DNA of 43,042 nt from positions 1 to 43,042 of the forward strand of contig JAQSXD010000001.1 of NCBI GenBank assembly GCA_029266295.1. The letters are read 5' to 3'. Below, in pieces: positions 8,822 to 18,078 of this stretch. The notes below the pieces were generated by a model, which saw only the letters and a program-made list of their open reading frames with translations, did no database searches and was not told where the DNA came from. This stretch comes from Bacillota bacterium. GTDB lineage: Bacteria; Bacillota; Clostridia; Peptostreptococcales; Anaerovoracaceae. The position numbers and the translations under genes were made by a program. Positions within the stretch are counted from its first letter, which is position 1. Each line of letters begins with the position of its first letter.

Positions 8822-9649
8822 TTATTCAGATGCATCATCAGCCTCTTCAGCTGCTGCTTTCGCCGCGTCTCTTGCTGCATCCATTGCGGTCTTCACCGCA
8901 TCCCATACGGCGTCAGCCTGCTCCTGGGTGATCGTTCCGTCTGTTACCAGCTCGCTCAGCAAATTTCTATGCATTCCACCGGAACCATTTCCGCCTAGGA
9001 CCGGCTTTGTGTCTGCTATGGCATCGGCTTGTTCTTGTGTAATCACTTCTTCGCTGACGAGGGTATCAAGAATTTCGTCGCACGTTTCCCCTGAATTTCT
9101 GGCTTCTTTCAGTGCTTCCATCACTGCATCTGCTTCTTCCTGGGTCAGAGTACCGGCAGACACCAACTCACTTAAGGGGCTGTTCTGCAATCCTGCGGGA
9201 AATCCGGTTCCTTCAGAACCTGCTCCCTCCTGACGCATGCCCTTCATCCGCCCGCCTTCTGGCCGGATCCCGTCCTCACGTGTGCCGATTGCGCCATCCG
9301 TAGTTTTCTTACCATCTGGCTTTTCCGCTGTTTCCCCCGCTGCCGCAGCTCTTTCTGGCCTGGCAGGTCTGTCCGCGGTATCTTGGGTTTTATCCGTTGC
9401 GGATGACATTGCTTCGGAAATCGCGTCGGCCTGTTCCTGGGTAATGGTTCCATCGTCAGTTAACGATTCAAGCGCAGCCGGGTACATCGTACTCCATGCT
9501 GCAAGATTACCTCTTTGCTCTTTAAACCGCTCTGCACCTTCACCCGCTCCGCTGTTTGCCGCGAAAGCGGTGCCCGCTCCCGTCAAAGTCAGCGCTCCCG
9601 CCAGGGTAAATATAAAGACTCTTTTTAATCCATGCTTTTGTTTCATCAT
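8822..9649 (-). CDS. Secreted protein with four LxxLVxxGTITQEQADA helical repeats
   Basis: Signal peptide ending AFA; repeats LESLTDDGTITQEQADAI, LSELVSAGTLTQEEADAV, LDTLVSEEVITQEQADAI, LSELVTDGTITQEQADAV. Confidence 0.82.
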   Translation of the reverse strand: MMKQKHGLKRVFIFTLAGALTLTGAGTAFAANSGAGEGAERFKEQRGNLAAWSTMYPAALESLTDDGTITQEQADAISEAMSSATDKTQDTADRPARPERAAAAGETAEKPDGKKTTDGAIGTREDGIRPEGGRMKGMRQEGAGSEGTGFPAGLQNSPLSELVSAGTLTQEEADAVMEALKEARNSGETCDEILDTLVSEEVITQEQADAIADTKPVLGGNGSGGMHRNLLSELVTDGTITQEQADAVWDAVKTAMDAARDAAKAAAEEADDASE

Positions 9650-9712
9650 TTTGTTACTCCTTTTGAATATTTTGAAATTTCCTATGTTCCGATTTTAATC
9701 TACCAGGCTAGA

Positions 9713-9750
9713 AAAATCTCCGTAAAATTGAGGCAAAATTGAGGCAAAAT
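9713..9750. promoter_or_regulatory. 11-bp-period direct repeats, candidate OmpR/PhoB-family binding site
   Basis: AAAATCTCCGT AAAATTGAGGC AAAATTGAGGC AAAAT, just upstream of a minus-strand extended -10 TGG-TAGATT (9705-9697). Confidence 0.62.
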
Positions 9751-9814
9751 AGAATGGAAAATGGATTTCAAAAGCCATTCATGGTAAAATTCATCGGGAG
9801 GTGATGGCTGATCC

Positions 9815-10510
9815 ATGAGAAAAACTTTGATTTATATCGCAGATGACGAAACCAATATCTGTAACATCATCAAGTCGTTTTTGGTAAAGGAGGGCTATGA
9901 AGTTGAGACCTTCCATGATGGGCAGGCAATCCTTGAAGCCTTTGAACGGCGAGAAGCGGATATGATTATCATCGATATCATGATGCCCTTGGTTGACGGG
10001 TACTCCGTATGTGCTGCAATCCGAAACAAAAGCGGTGTCCCAATCATTATTGTTTCAGCGAAAGATACCGAGCCGGATAAAATTGCAGGTCTGACGCTGG
10101 GAAGCGACGACTACCTGACAAAGCCTTTCAGCCCTATGGAGCTGGTGGCTAGAGTGAAAAGCATTTTTCGGCGAATCGAGCTGGATAGAAGCAGAGAGCA
10201 ACGCAGCAATACCATTCATGTCGCCGATGTTGTTCTTGATCCGGATACAAAACAAGCTTGGTTTGGAAATATGGAGCTTCCTCTTACATCCATGGAGTTT
10301 TCACTCCTGCTCTATCTTATCAGCAATAAAGACAGACCGGTTAGCAGAGGAGAACTTCTGGATAAAATCTGGGGCTTCGAAAACGAGGTGGAAACCAGAG
10401 CCACCGACGATGTGGTAAAGCGGCTGCGAAAAAAACTGGGGGATTTCGGTACTCAGCTCAAAATTGAAACGGTTTGGGGCTTCGGGTTTAAGCTCGCGGG
10501 CAAGGATTAA
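9815..10510 (+). CDS. OmpR/PhoB family response regulator
   Basis: IADDE, DIMMP, DDYLTKPF receiver motifs; winged helix ending LRKKL...IETVWGFGF. Confidence 0.95.
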   Translation: MRKTLIYIADDETNICNIIKSFLVKEGYEVETFHDGQAILEAFERREADMIIIDIMMPLVDGYSVCAAIRNKSGVPIIIVSAKDTEPDKIAGLTLGSDDYLTKPFSPMELVARVKSIFRRIELDRSREQRSNTIHVADVVLDPDTKQAWFGNMELPLTSMEFSLLLYLISNKDRPVSRGELLDKIWGFENEVETRATDDVVKRLRKKLGDFGTQLKIETVWGFGFKLAGKD

Positions 10511-10594
10511 ATAGGGATTGAAAGATTGAGGAATTGAAGGATTAAATAAGGAATTTGCTTAAGAATCGGTCGTTGGTTCAATCGATGCGCAAGG

Positions 10595-12202
10595 ATGGTT
10601 TTGATGAAAAGAAATACAATCAAATGGAGAATCTTTAAATATAACTTGATCATGATCGTGATGCTGATTCTGGTGGTTACGGTCACCTTCAATATCGTAG
10701 TGAGGCTATATCTGGAGCGAGACATTATCTCCCAGCTGGATCAAATAACCTCTCGCACCGTAAATACAGCGCTTCATCAGCGTCCCGCTCAGTTTCCCGA
10801 GGCCAGAAAGTCTAACGCTGCGTCTCCTGGGGGCGGCAATATATCAAAAAATCCCTCGCCGGGGAACGGCATCATGGGAAAAGACAGCCCCTCACCAGCG
10901 AAAAGCGGCGGTAACGGGAGCCGGGAGACCGCCATCCCAGGGGAAGAGATAACAGGTGCTAGGGGCGAAACCAATTCAGTTACCGATTCCGATACGGACA
11001 AGGTGTTCCGGTATTATTTCATGCTGAATCGTTCGCTAAATGAGCCGCTTTCGATCATCAATGCGGATTACATTCTGCTTGACAGAGATGAAAACTTGAT
11101 TCTTCCGCCGGTAAATTCCGAAAATGATACCTCAGATCTAAGTGAACAGATAGTTAAGGAAATAAAAAATTCTTCACCGGATTTCAGCAACCAAGCTTAT
11201 CTGAAGCTGAATATCTCAGGTGCTAATTACATTGGAGTCGTCAGAGCACTGACACAGGAAAGCCGCTCCGACCTGGGGTGGATCATTATCTATACCAGCC
11301 TGCAAAAGGTCAATCAGCTGCAGTTCTATATCAATGGAATCCTTTTTATCATACTCTTCTTCCTATCGATCATTGCAATGCTGCTGTCATCCAGCCTCTC
11401 AGGGAAGCTTTCCCGGCCCTTTCATTTACTGAATCAGCATTTGAACGCGATTGCTGAAAGAAATTTCGGGATGAAAATTCAAATCCCGGTATATGATGAA
11501 CTTCAAGAAACGGTGAACAATATCAATATCATGTCTGAAAAGCTGGGCGTATATGATAAGGCACAGAAGCGCTTTCTGCAGAATGTCTCCCACGAGTTTC
11601 GAACACCGCTGATGTCAATTCAAAGCTATGCGGAAGGTATCAAGTATGGTGTTGTGGATAAAGATCCGGCAGTGGATGTGATTCTGGACGAAACGAAAAG
11701 AATGACTTCACTTCTGGAAGAACTGCTCTACCTGTCGAGGCTGGAAGCAATTGAGGAAAATTATCATTTTGAAACGATAAAAATCAACAGCATTATCAGT
11801 TGTATTGCAGACAGAATGAGAGGAATCGCTCTTCAAAAAAATGTTACAATCTCCGTCAGCGAACCGGATGAAGAAATTATTTTCAAAGGCGACGAAGAAA
11901 AATTGTCACGGGCAATTACCAATATTGTCAGCAACTGCATTCGTTATGCCGAGTCGAAAGTTACCATTGAGTTTTCTGCAGAAGACGGGCATCAGCTTTT
12001 GATTCAGATCTCTGACGATGGCCCGGGCTGCGAAACAGATGATCTCCCATACATCTTTGAACGGTTCTACAAAGGACGGAAAGGGAATTTCGGTCTTGGT
12101 CTTGCCATCAGCAAACAGGTGATCGAACGGCACAACGGCACGATTACTGCCCAGAATCATCCTTCCAGAGGCGCCATATTCGTCATTGAGCTGGAAGAGT
12201 AA
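10595..12202 (+). CDS. Membrane HAMP-domain sensor histidine kinase
   Basis: Two TM helices, H-box SHEFRTPL, N-box NIVSNCIRY, DDGPG, FERFYKG, GLGLAI. Start may be the ATG at 10604. Confidence 0.94.
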   Translation: MVLMKRNTIKWRIFKYNLIMIVMLILVVTVTFNIVVRLYLERDIISQLDQITSRTVNTALHQRPAQFPEARKSNAASPGGGNISKNPSPGNGIMGKDSPSPAKSGGNGSRETAIPGEEITGARGETNSVTDSDTDKVFRYYFMLNRSLNEPLSIINADYILLDRDENLILPPVNSENDTSDLSEQIVKEIKNSSPDFSNQAYLKLNISGANYIGVVRALTQESRSDLGWIIIYTSLQKVNQLQFYINGILFIILFFLSIIAMLLSSSLSGKLSRPFHLLNQHLNAIAERNFGMKIQIPVYDELQETVNNINIMSEKLGVYDKAQKRFLQNVSHEFRTPLMSIQSYAEGIKYGVVDKDPAVDVILDETKRMTSLLEELLYLSRLEAIEENYHFETIKINSIISCIADRMRGIALQKNVTISVSEPDEEIIFKGDEEKLSRAITNIVSNCIRYAESKVTIEFSAEDGHQLLIQISDDGPGCETDDLPYIFERFYKGRKGNFGLGLAISKQVIERHNGTITAQNHPSRGAIFVIELEE

Positions 12203-12224
12203 ATAGAGAAACAACTGTGTAAAA

Positions 12225-12259
12225 AAAGGAAACCGTTGCTCCATGCAGTGGTTTCCTTT
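12225..12259. terminator. Bidirectional intrinsic terminator
   Basis: AAAGGAAACCGTTGC-tccat-GCAGTGGTTTCCTTT between convergent genes, with A and T tracts at the ends. Confidence 0.72.
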
Positions 12260-12293
12260 CCTTCTGATCTTGAAAGCCTGCGTCCAATGGCAG

Positions 12294-12767
12294 CTAACAA
12301 TGATGCGATTGTTCGATCTTATCCAGGTACTGTTCTGCCTGATCCAGTTCCTCTTCATCAAATACAGGATATCCTGCCTTTTTCAAGTATTCAACGGCCA
12401 AGCCAATCCCTTGTGTTTTCGTATCGGTAAAGGTGCCGTCATAGATGAACCTGCTTCCGCAGGAGGGACTGTCTTCTTTCATAATGGCAAAGGCAACGTC
12501 GTGTTCCTTTGCAAGCCGCAGCGTCTCCTCTGCGCCGATTGTATATTCCCTTGTCACATCGGCTCCGGTACAAGCCATCACCTTATCGCCGACACGTTGA
12601 GAATCGGGGCGCGGTATCGGCAGACCTCCGAAAACTTCCGGACAGACTTTGATGAGGCGCCCCTCTTTTTTCCATTTGAGGAATCTCTCATCGAGGCAGG
12701 GGACATCCCCATCGTCATAACGGACATGATCGCCATAAAGGCATCCGCTCACAAGGATTTTTCTCAT
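12294..12767 (-). CDS. DUF523 family protein (TudS 2-thiouracil desulfidase-like Fe-S protein)
   Basis: ILVSGCLYG...VRYD, VCPEVFGGLPIPR, KEDSPSCG, G.G motif; AGGAG spacing favours ATG 12767. Confidence 0.88.
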   Translation of the reverse strand: MRKILVSGCLYGDHVRYDDGDVPCLDERFLKWKKEGRLIKVCPEVFGGLPIPRPDSQRVGDKVMACTGADVTREYTIGAEETLRLAKEHDVAFAIMKEDSPSCGSRFIYDGTFTDTKTQGIGLAVEYLKKAGYPVFDEEELDQAEQYLDKIEQSHHC

Positions 12768-12866
12768 AAGCACCGCTCCTTTCTATTTCTACTGAAAAAT
12801 TTATGGTTATGCAGTTTTCAGAATATCGATCCATTGAAAACCTTTACTCATATTCGGGTTTTCGTG

Positions 12867-12895
12867 ATTATACCTCCAGGAGGGCGGGCTGTCAA
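12867..12895 (-). promoter_or_regulatory. Consensus sigmaA promoter of the DUF523 gene
   Basis: TTGACA (12895-12890), 17 bp, TATAAT (12872-12867). Confidence 0.85.
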
Positions 12896-12916
12896 TTGTA
12901 CCACAGCACAAACTGT

Positions 12917-14779
12917 TTAAGACTTGATCTTGTTCTCCTTCATATAATCTTCGATCAGCCCCATAAATTCGCTGCCATACTTCTCTAGTTTGCTGCTCCC
13001 AACACCATTGATCTCCAGCATGGTTTTCTCTGTTGTAGGCAGATAGGAGCTCATTTCCTTTAATGCCTTGTCTGAGAAAATGATATAGGGTGGTTTATGC
13101 TCTTTTTGAGCAATTTCATATCTCCGCTTGCGAAGCAGTTCGAAGAGCTCGGGGTATGTTGCTTCTGCACCGCTGCCCCCTTTTAATGTCTTTTTCTTTG
13201 CGGCTGGTGCTTCCTCCTGTTTCTTTGGTAGCTTCAAAAGAATCGTCTCTCTCTGATTTTCCTCCAGAAGAAATTCCATTCCCTGTTTGGTTACTCTTAG
13301 TACGGGATACTGGTCTGTGGTAAGATGTAGATAGCCCGTTACCAGCAGGTGGTTCGCCGTTTGCCGAAGCCTGATAATGGTTCTACTGCGCAATGCACCA
13401 AATAAGGGATTCTCGTTGAGCCGGAACTACCGTACCTTGGCATTATCCGTTCCGTGAACCGCATCCAGGATAGAATTCATTCCATACCGATGACCGCTTG
13501 TATGTACCAGACCGATGATGCTGGCCGCATCCGAGGTGATATCAACATCCTCATATTCTGTAAGGCAGTTTTCACAGTTTCCACAACTGCTGCTTCCGTA
13601 TTCACCGAAATACCGCAGGATATAATCCCGCAGACATTCATTGGTAAAGCAATAGTACGTCATCTTGCGGAGTCTCTCCCGATCCCGCTCACTGATGAGT
13701 TCCTTTTCCTCATTGTCCAGTTCTTCATTTTCCCGTTCCATTTGCTTGTCGATGAGGAACTCGTTGATCCTTACGTCCTGCCCGGAATAATACAGAATGC
13801 ATTCAGCTGTTTCTCCGTCTCTTCCGGCACGCCCTGCCTCCTGATAATAGCTTTCAATGTCCTTTGGCATATTATAATGAATGACATATCTTACATTGGA
13901 CTTATCAATCCCCATTCCGAAGGCATTGGTTGCCACCATAACAGGGGTACTGTCGTTGATAAATGCTTCCTGATTTTCTTTTCGCTCGGCATCGGATAAG
14001 CCCGCATGGTACCTCGTGACAGGGTAGCCCCTTCGGAACAATTCTCCCTGAACCTCTTCCACCGCTTTTCTGGTATTGCAATAGATAATGCCGCTTTTAT
14101 CCCCATTCTCCTTCAGATAATCAAGGAGTGCGTTCATCTTGCTCTGGGGCTTTTTCAATGAAAAGTAAAGGTTTTTTCGGTCATATCCCGTTACAACCAC
14201 AGTGGGATTTTGCAGCCCCAGCATACAGACGATGTCCTCTTTTACAACTTTCGTTGCTGTAGCAGTATAAGCAGCGATAACCGGTCTCACTGGCAGCATA
14301 TCAATAAAATCGGTGACTTTCAGATAGCTTGGCCGGAAATCCTGCCCCCACTGGGAAATACAATGGGCCTCATCAATTGCAATCATGGAGATTTCAAGAG
14401 CACCTACCAAGGATAGGAACGAATCTGTCAGCAAACGTTCCGGCGCTACATAAATGATCTTATATACCCCAAGGCGCGCATTTTCCATCACCTTCCTGGT
14501 CTGGCCTTCCGTCAGGGAACTGTTAATGTAAGCCGCGCGGACCCCAACGTCGACCAGTGCCATAACCTGATCTTTCATAAGAGAAATCAGCGGTGAAATG
14601 ACAATGGTAATTCCGCTAAAAGACAATGCCGGCACCTGAAAGCAAATGGACTTTCCTGCGCCGGTCGGCATAATTCCAAGGACATCCCTCCCGGAAAGCG
14701 CGCTGTCGATCAGTTCTTCCTGTCCCGTACGGAATGAATCGTACCCGTATATATTTTTTAAAATTGTGTGTTTGTTCAA
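12917..14779 (-). pseudogene. recQ: RecQ DNA helicase interrupted by a single in-frame TAG at 13429-13427
   Basis: MPTGAGKS, DEAHCISQWG, ATNAFGMGIDK, QEAGRAGRDG, Zn-binding Cys, HRDC (PPYIIFSD). ORFs 13427..14779 and 12917..13393 share one frame: ...AKVR*FRLNENPLFGALRSR... Confidence 0.88.
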
Positions 14780-15006
14780 TGATACCCCCTATATAACTTG
14801 TATGCTTGTCCACTGATGTCACAGATGTCAGGCATACAGGGTTGAGACCCATAGCCGCCTGCTATGATTGTACTTGCTAGCTCTATGCATAAGTATATAG
14901 GATGAAAGGACGTTCGGCAATCAGCCTAACCACAAATTTTATACAGCAAGTCTACGCTCCCTGTATTTCCAGTTGTAAAACATATTTGCCATAACATGGC
15001 CTCCCA

Positions 15007-15606
15007 TTAAATCTCTCTCATAGGTCCTTGAACATCTAAGTACTGAACAATACCGTTCGCCATGTAATCCCCTATGAGCAAAGTCTGGTATTGAATTCTA
15101 TCGAAGATCTGTATATCTCTCGTATAATCGCCAGACAATAATGCAGTGCTTTCCTCTAGAGTCATACTGATATAAGTATATAATAGGGTTTGCCATTGGC
15201 CTTTAAACCAAAACGGATTTATCTGTGAAAGAAAATCAGCCAGTTCATCAGCGTTTTGATATAAAAGTCTGACGCTCTCGTCCAGCGCTTGACTATCTCT
15301 ATTTTTTTGTGCGTTAATTGCTGCCTCCATCTGAATAATATGCGTGGAAAGCAAGCTTATAAATTGCTCTGCTGCTTGTTGGCCAAATATTAATTGCAGG
15401 ATGTTGCCGAGCTGAAAGGGAATTTCATATAGCCGTTTGCTCACAGCTTCGGTGTTTGGCAATTCGGAGGAAATGCTGAGAAGAAAAGCCCTGGTCCACA
15501 TTGATAAATTCAGCCATAACGTCCTAAAATTAATAATTAAATTCATTTGACCATAAGGGATGTACGATTCAATAGGAATCGGGTATCCTTCGTTTTTATT
15601 AATCAT
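15007..15606 (-). CDS. Hypothetical helical protein, probably sporulation-expressed
   Basis: 199-aa ORF with AGGAG RBS; motifs FRTLW...WTR and NADELADFLSQINPFW; sigmaE-like promoter upstream. Confidence 0.75.
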   Translation of the reverse strand: MINKNEGYPIPIESYIPYGQMNLIINFRTLWLNLSMWTRAFLLSISSELPNTEAVSKRLYEIPFQLGNILQLIFGQQAAEQFISLLSTHIIQMEAAINAQKNRDSQALDESVRLLYQNADELADFLSQINPFWFKGQWQTLLYTYISMTLEESTALLSGDYTRDIQIFDRIQYQTLLIGDYMANGIVQYLDVQGPMREI

Positions 15607-15632
15607 CTTATAATTACTCCTAGTTTTTTTAC

Positions 15633-15661
15633 ATCATATGAGATCGATTCTAATTTTATAA
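15633..15661 (-). promoter_or_regulatory. Putative sigmaE (mother-cell) promoter
   Basis: TTATAAA, 14 bp, CATATGAT on the minus strand. Confidence 0.55.
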
Positions 15662-15757
15662 TCGAAAGGAACAAATAATTCCTTACGGCAGATTGTAAGA
15701 AGCCGAGGCATTCATCAGGATCCTTCGACATCCTCCAAATTCCATCACACGCAAAAG

Positions 15758-15795
15758 AAGAGGGAATGTTTCGATCCTTTGAAACATTCCCTCTT
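15758..15795 (-). terminator. Intrinsic terminator of the oxidoreductase operon
   Basis: Perfect 15-bp arms AAGAGGGAATGTTTC / GAAACATTCCCTCTT, followed by CTTTT on the minus strand. Confidence 0.78.
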
Positions 15796-15878
15796 TCTCA
15801 CTGTTTGTCAGAATAGTAACTGATTGGAGCTTAGCTCCTTAACGAATCCTCTTAATTTAGACGCTTTCGAGGCGCTTC

Positions 15879-17330
15879 TTAACTGAGGCTCTTGATATAT
15901 GCAACGGCGTTTCTTCCTGCCATTCTTCCGCTGTTAACCGCGAAGCCCAGTGTATTTCCCGGCAGAACAAAGACATAGTCCGGATTACAAACGGAATTTG
16001 CATCAGTACCAGCTGCAAATAATCCGGGGATCACGGCAAACTGGTCTGTGATGACCTGAGTCTTGTCATTGATCCTGATTCCGCCCAGGCTGCCGTAAGC
16101 GCTTGGTGCAAACTTCAATGCGTAGTACTTGGAGCCGTCCAGCGGTACCATATATCTGGGATTCTTATTGAATTCTTTGTCGCCTCCTGCTTTGCAGGCT
16201 TCATTATAGTTCTTCAGGGTTTCTGCCAGTCCTTCTTGATCAATGCCGGTCTTTTCCGCAAGCTCTTCGATGGTCTCTGCCATGAAGAACACATCGCTGC
16301 CGTTTTTGATCGCCTCTTCCATCTCCTGATTGAAGTAGGACATATCCATGGAGGAAGTAACCACATTGATGAGATCCAGGCCGTTTTCTTCATACTTCTT
16401 CATGGTCTTATCATCGATGATGGAGAACGCAACCCGATTCTTCTGTCGTGTAATGGCGTTGACGGAGAACACCGGATTTTCTACCACCTGCTCGTTATAG
16501 AAGCGCTTACCATCCAGGTTTACAAAGAGATTGGGCTGACGGAAGGGAAGCTCGATGGGCGCATAACCCCCTGTGTTTGGTGCAAAGAAGACCAGCTCCA
16601 TATCCATGTAATCCCTGCCGGCACCAGCATCCCATGCCATTTGAATTCCGTCTCCCGTCAGGCCGGGAATTCGGTAGGAATAAAGGTCCTTACCCCACTC
16701 GTAAGGAGTGTACTTCTTGATGAATTCCGGGCTGTCGCCAAATCCGCCTGTAGAAACGACCACCGCACCGGCATAAACCTCCAGCTCACCGTCTTTGTCC
16801 GAGGCCTGAACGCCGATGATTTCGCCTTGATCCTTGATCAAGCTTTTTACAGGAGTCTCCAGCAGAATTTTGACACCCAGTTCTTCTGCCCGTTCCGTCA
16901 TGGCCTTGATCATGGTAGCTGCAGCCCGGAGACCCGGATTTCCTGTTTTGGGCATAATGATGTGCCAGGTTGCTTCTGAGCCTGGGAAATACTTGGAAGG
17001 CAAAGCAAAATCGACGCCCATGGCCTGCAGCCATTCAATGGTTTCGGCTGACTGATCAATGTATTTCTTGACCAACTTCGCATCGGAGCGCCAGTGGGTG
17101 TAGTCCATAAATTTCTCGAAGGCTCTTTCTCGGGTGATGTCAATCAACCGCTCTTTTTGCAGCTTGGTTTCAACACCGAGTAATCCCATTGCCATGTTTG
17201 CGCATCCGCCAGTAGTGTTTGCCTTTTCCAGAACCATTACCTGCGCACCCTTTTCTGCTGCCGTAATGGCCGCTGCAAGTCCTGCCGCTCCGCCGCCAAC
17301 TACAACGACGTCCGCTTCAAATTCTCTCAT
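15879..17330 (-). CDS. Cytoplasmic FAD-dependent oxidoreductase, fumarate reductase/ketosteroid dehydrogenase flavoprotein family
   Basis: DVVVVGGGAAGLAAA...LEK, STGGF, TGDG, VNLDGKRFYNE, SLGGIRIN, IPGLFAAG; no signal peptide and no heme motifs. Confidence 0.88.
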   Translation of the reverse strand: MREFEADVVVVGGGAAGLAAAITAAEKGAQVMVLEKANTTGGCANMAMGLLGVETKLQKERLIDITRERAFEKFMDYTHWRSDAKLVKKYIDQSAETIEWLQAMGVDFALPSKYFPGSEATWHIIMPKTGNPGLRAAATMIKAMTERAEELGVKILLETPVKSLIKDQGEIIGVQASDKDGELEVYAGAVVVSTGGFGDSPEFIKKYTPYEWGKDLYSYRIPGLTGDGIQMAWDAGAGRDYMDMELVFFAPNTGGYAPIELPFRQPNLFVNLDGKRFYNEQVVENPVFSVNAITRQKNRVAFSIIDDKTMKKYEENGLDLINVVTSSMDMSYFNQEMEEAIKNGSDVFFMAETIEELAEKTGIDQEGLAETLKNYNEACKAGGDKEFNKNPRYMVPLDGSKYYALKFAPSAYGSLGGIRINDKTQVITDQFAVIPGLFAAGTDANSVCNPDYVFVLPGNTLGFAVNSGRMAGRNAVAYIKSLS

Positions 17331-17476
17331 TTTTCCATCCTCCTGCTTACTTATTATTTTGATATATGAAATATTTATTTACTCGCTTCTTCTGCGTCTT
17401 TTGGAAGCCATCAATCCGCCTTCTTGCGAGGCCGTCTGAACGCTTCCCACAGGTACCGGCTCACTGGGAAGGTTGG

Positions 17477-18073
17477 TCATGGCCGCACCGGTTTTTTAAT
17501 AGCTCCCGCCTCGCAGACAGCAATACATGCACCGCAGCGGCTGCAGACAGCGGGATCAACGACATGAATCATGCCCTCACTCCCTGCTATGGCATGAGGT
17601 TCGCAGACGGATGCACACTGATGACACCCGATGCACTTGTCCGGTGCTGCGTAATAATAAATGAACTTTTTGCATACCAATGCATCACAGCGTTTTCTCT
17701 TGATATGTTTCTCAAATTGCTCCTGCCCTTTGACAACCATATCCTGGGCATACTTTCCCGCTTCTTTCCCGTAGTCACAGCCGGAGCCGATAACCATATC
17801 TGCGGAGATTTCACGCAGCACATCGATGTCTCCGTCACGCCCGATGCCCTGGGTGATGGTATCGGACAGGGTGTAAAGCTGCAAAATTCCTTCTCTGCAA
17901 ATGACACATTCCCCACAGCTTGTTCTTCGCAGCCTGTCCGAGAAGGCTTTCAATTGATCCACCGGACATGGGTTTTCCGCAACTTCATCGAAGCCGCTTC
18001 GGACAAAGTCACTGATTGTTTCCTTTTCTGCCTGTTTCCACTGCATTCTTTCTTTCAAAGCCATACGCCTCAC
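17477..18073 (-). CDS. NuoF/HydB C-terminal-like Fe-S protein; probable frameshift near the 3' end (alternative stop at 17379)
   Basis: CPV, SCGECVICREG...GCDYG, H..RKRC...C, and two CxxCxxCxxxC motifs; no FMN/NADH domain. Confidence 0.85.
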   Translation of the reverse strand: MRRMALKERMQWKQAEKETISDFVRSGFDEVAENPCPVDQLKAFSDRLRRTSCGECVICREGILQLYTLSDTITQGIGRDGDIDVLREISADMVIGSGCDYGKEAGKYAQDMVVKGQEQFEKHIKRKRCDALVCKKFIYYYAAPDKCIGCHQCASVCEPHAIAGSEGMIHVVDPAVCSRCGACIAVCEAGAIKKPVRP

Positions 18074-18078
18074 ACCTC

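Noticed and set aside
10502-10556. Degenerate repeats (AAGGATTAAATA twice, GATTGA units) between response regulator and kinase
   Set aside because: Short low-complexity duplication across the stop codon; no unique spacers or promoter context; not CRISPR.
12780-12872. Purine riboswitch in the DUF523 leader (AATATG, CCATAAA fragments)
   Set aside because: The conserved UUUCUACC junction and P1/P2/P3 pairing are absent.
13427-13429. Genome-wide TAG recoding as the explanation for the recQ stop
   Set aside because: TAG ends many genes here at natural positions (221-aa gene, DUF1858, Crp/Fnr, SBP, GH4, kbaZ, SIS, pfkB, HPr), so it is a routine stop codon.
15007-15606. 'Acetylglutamate kinase' label that I recall on similar Firmicute proteins
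   Set aside because: No amino-acid kinase motifs such as K.GG; the sequence looks all-helical.
15879-17330. Respiratory fumarate reductase / succinate dehydrogenase
   Set aside because: No FrdB or membrane anchor genes, no covalent-FAD His motif, and the HPT catalytic motif is not visible (FAP at the likely position).
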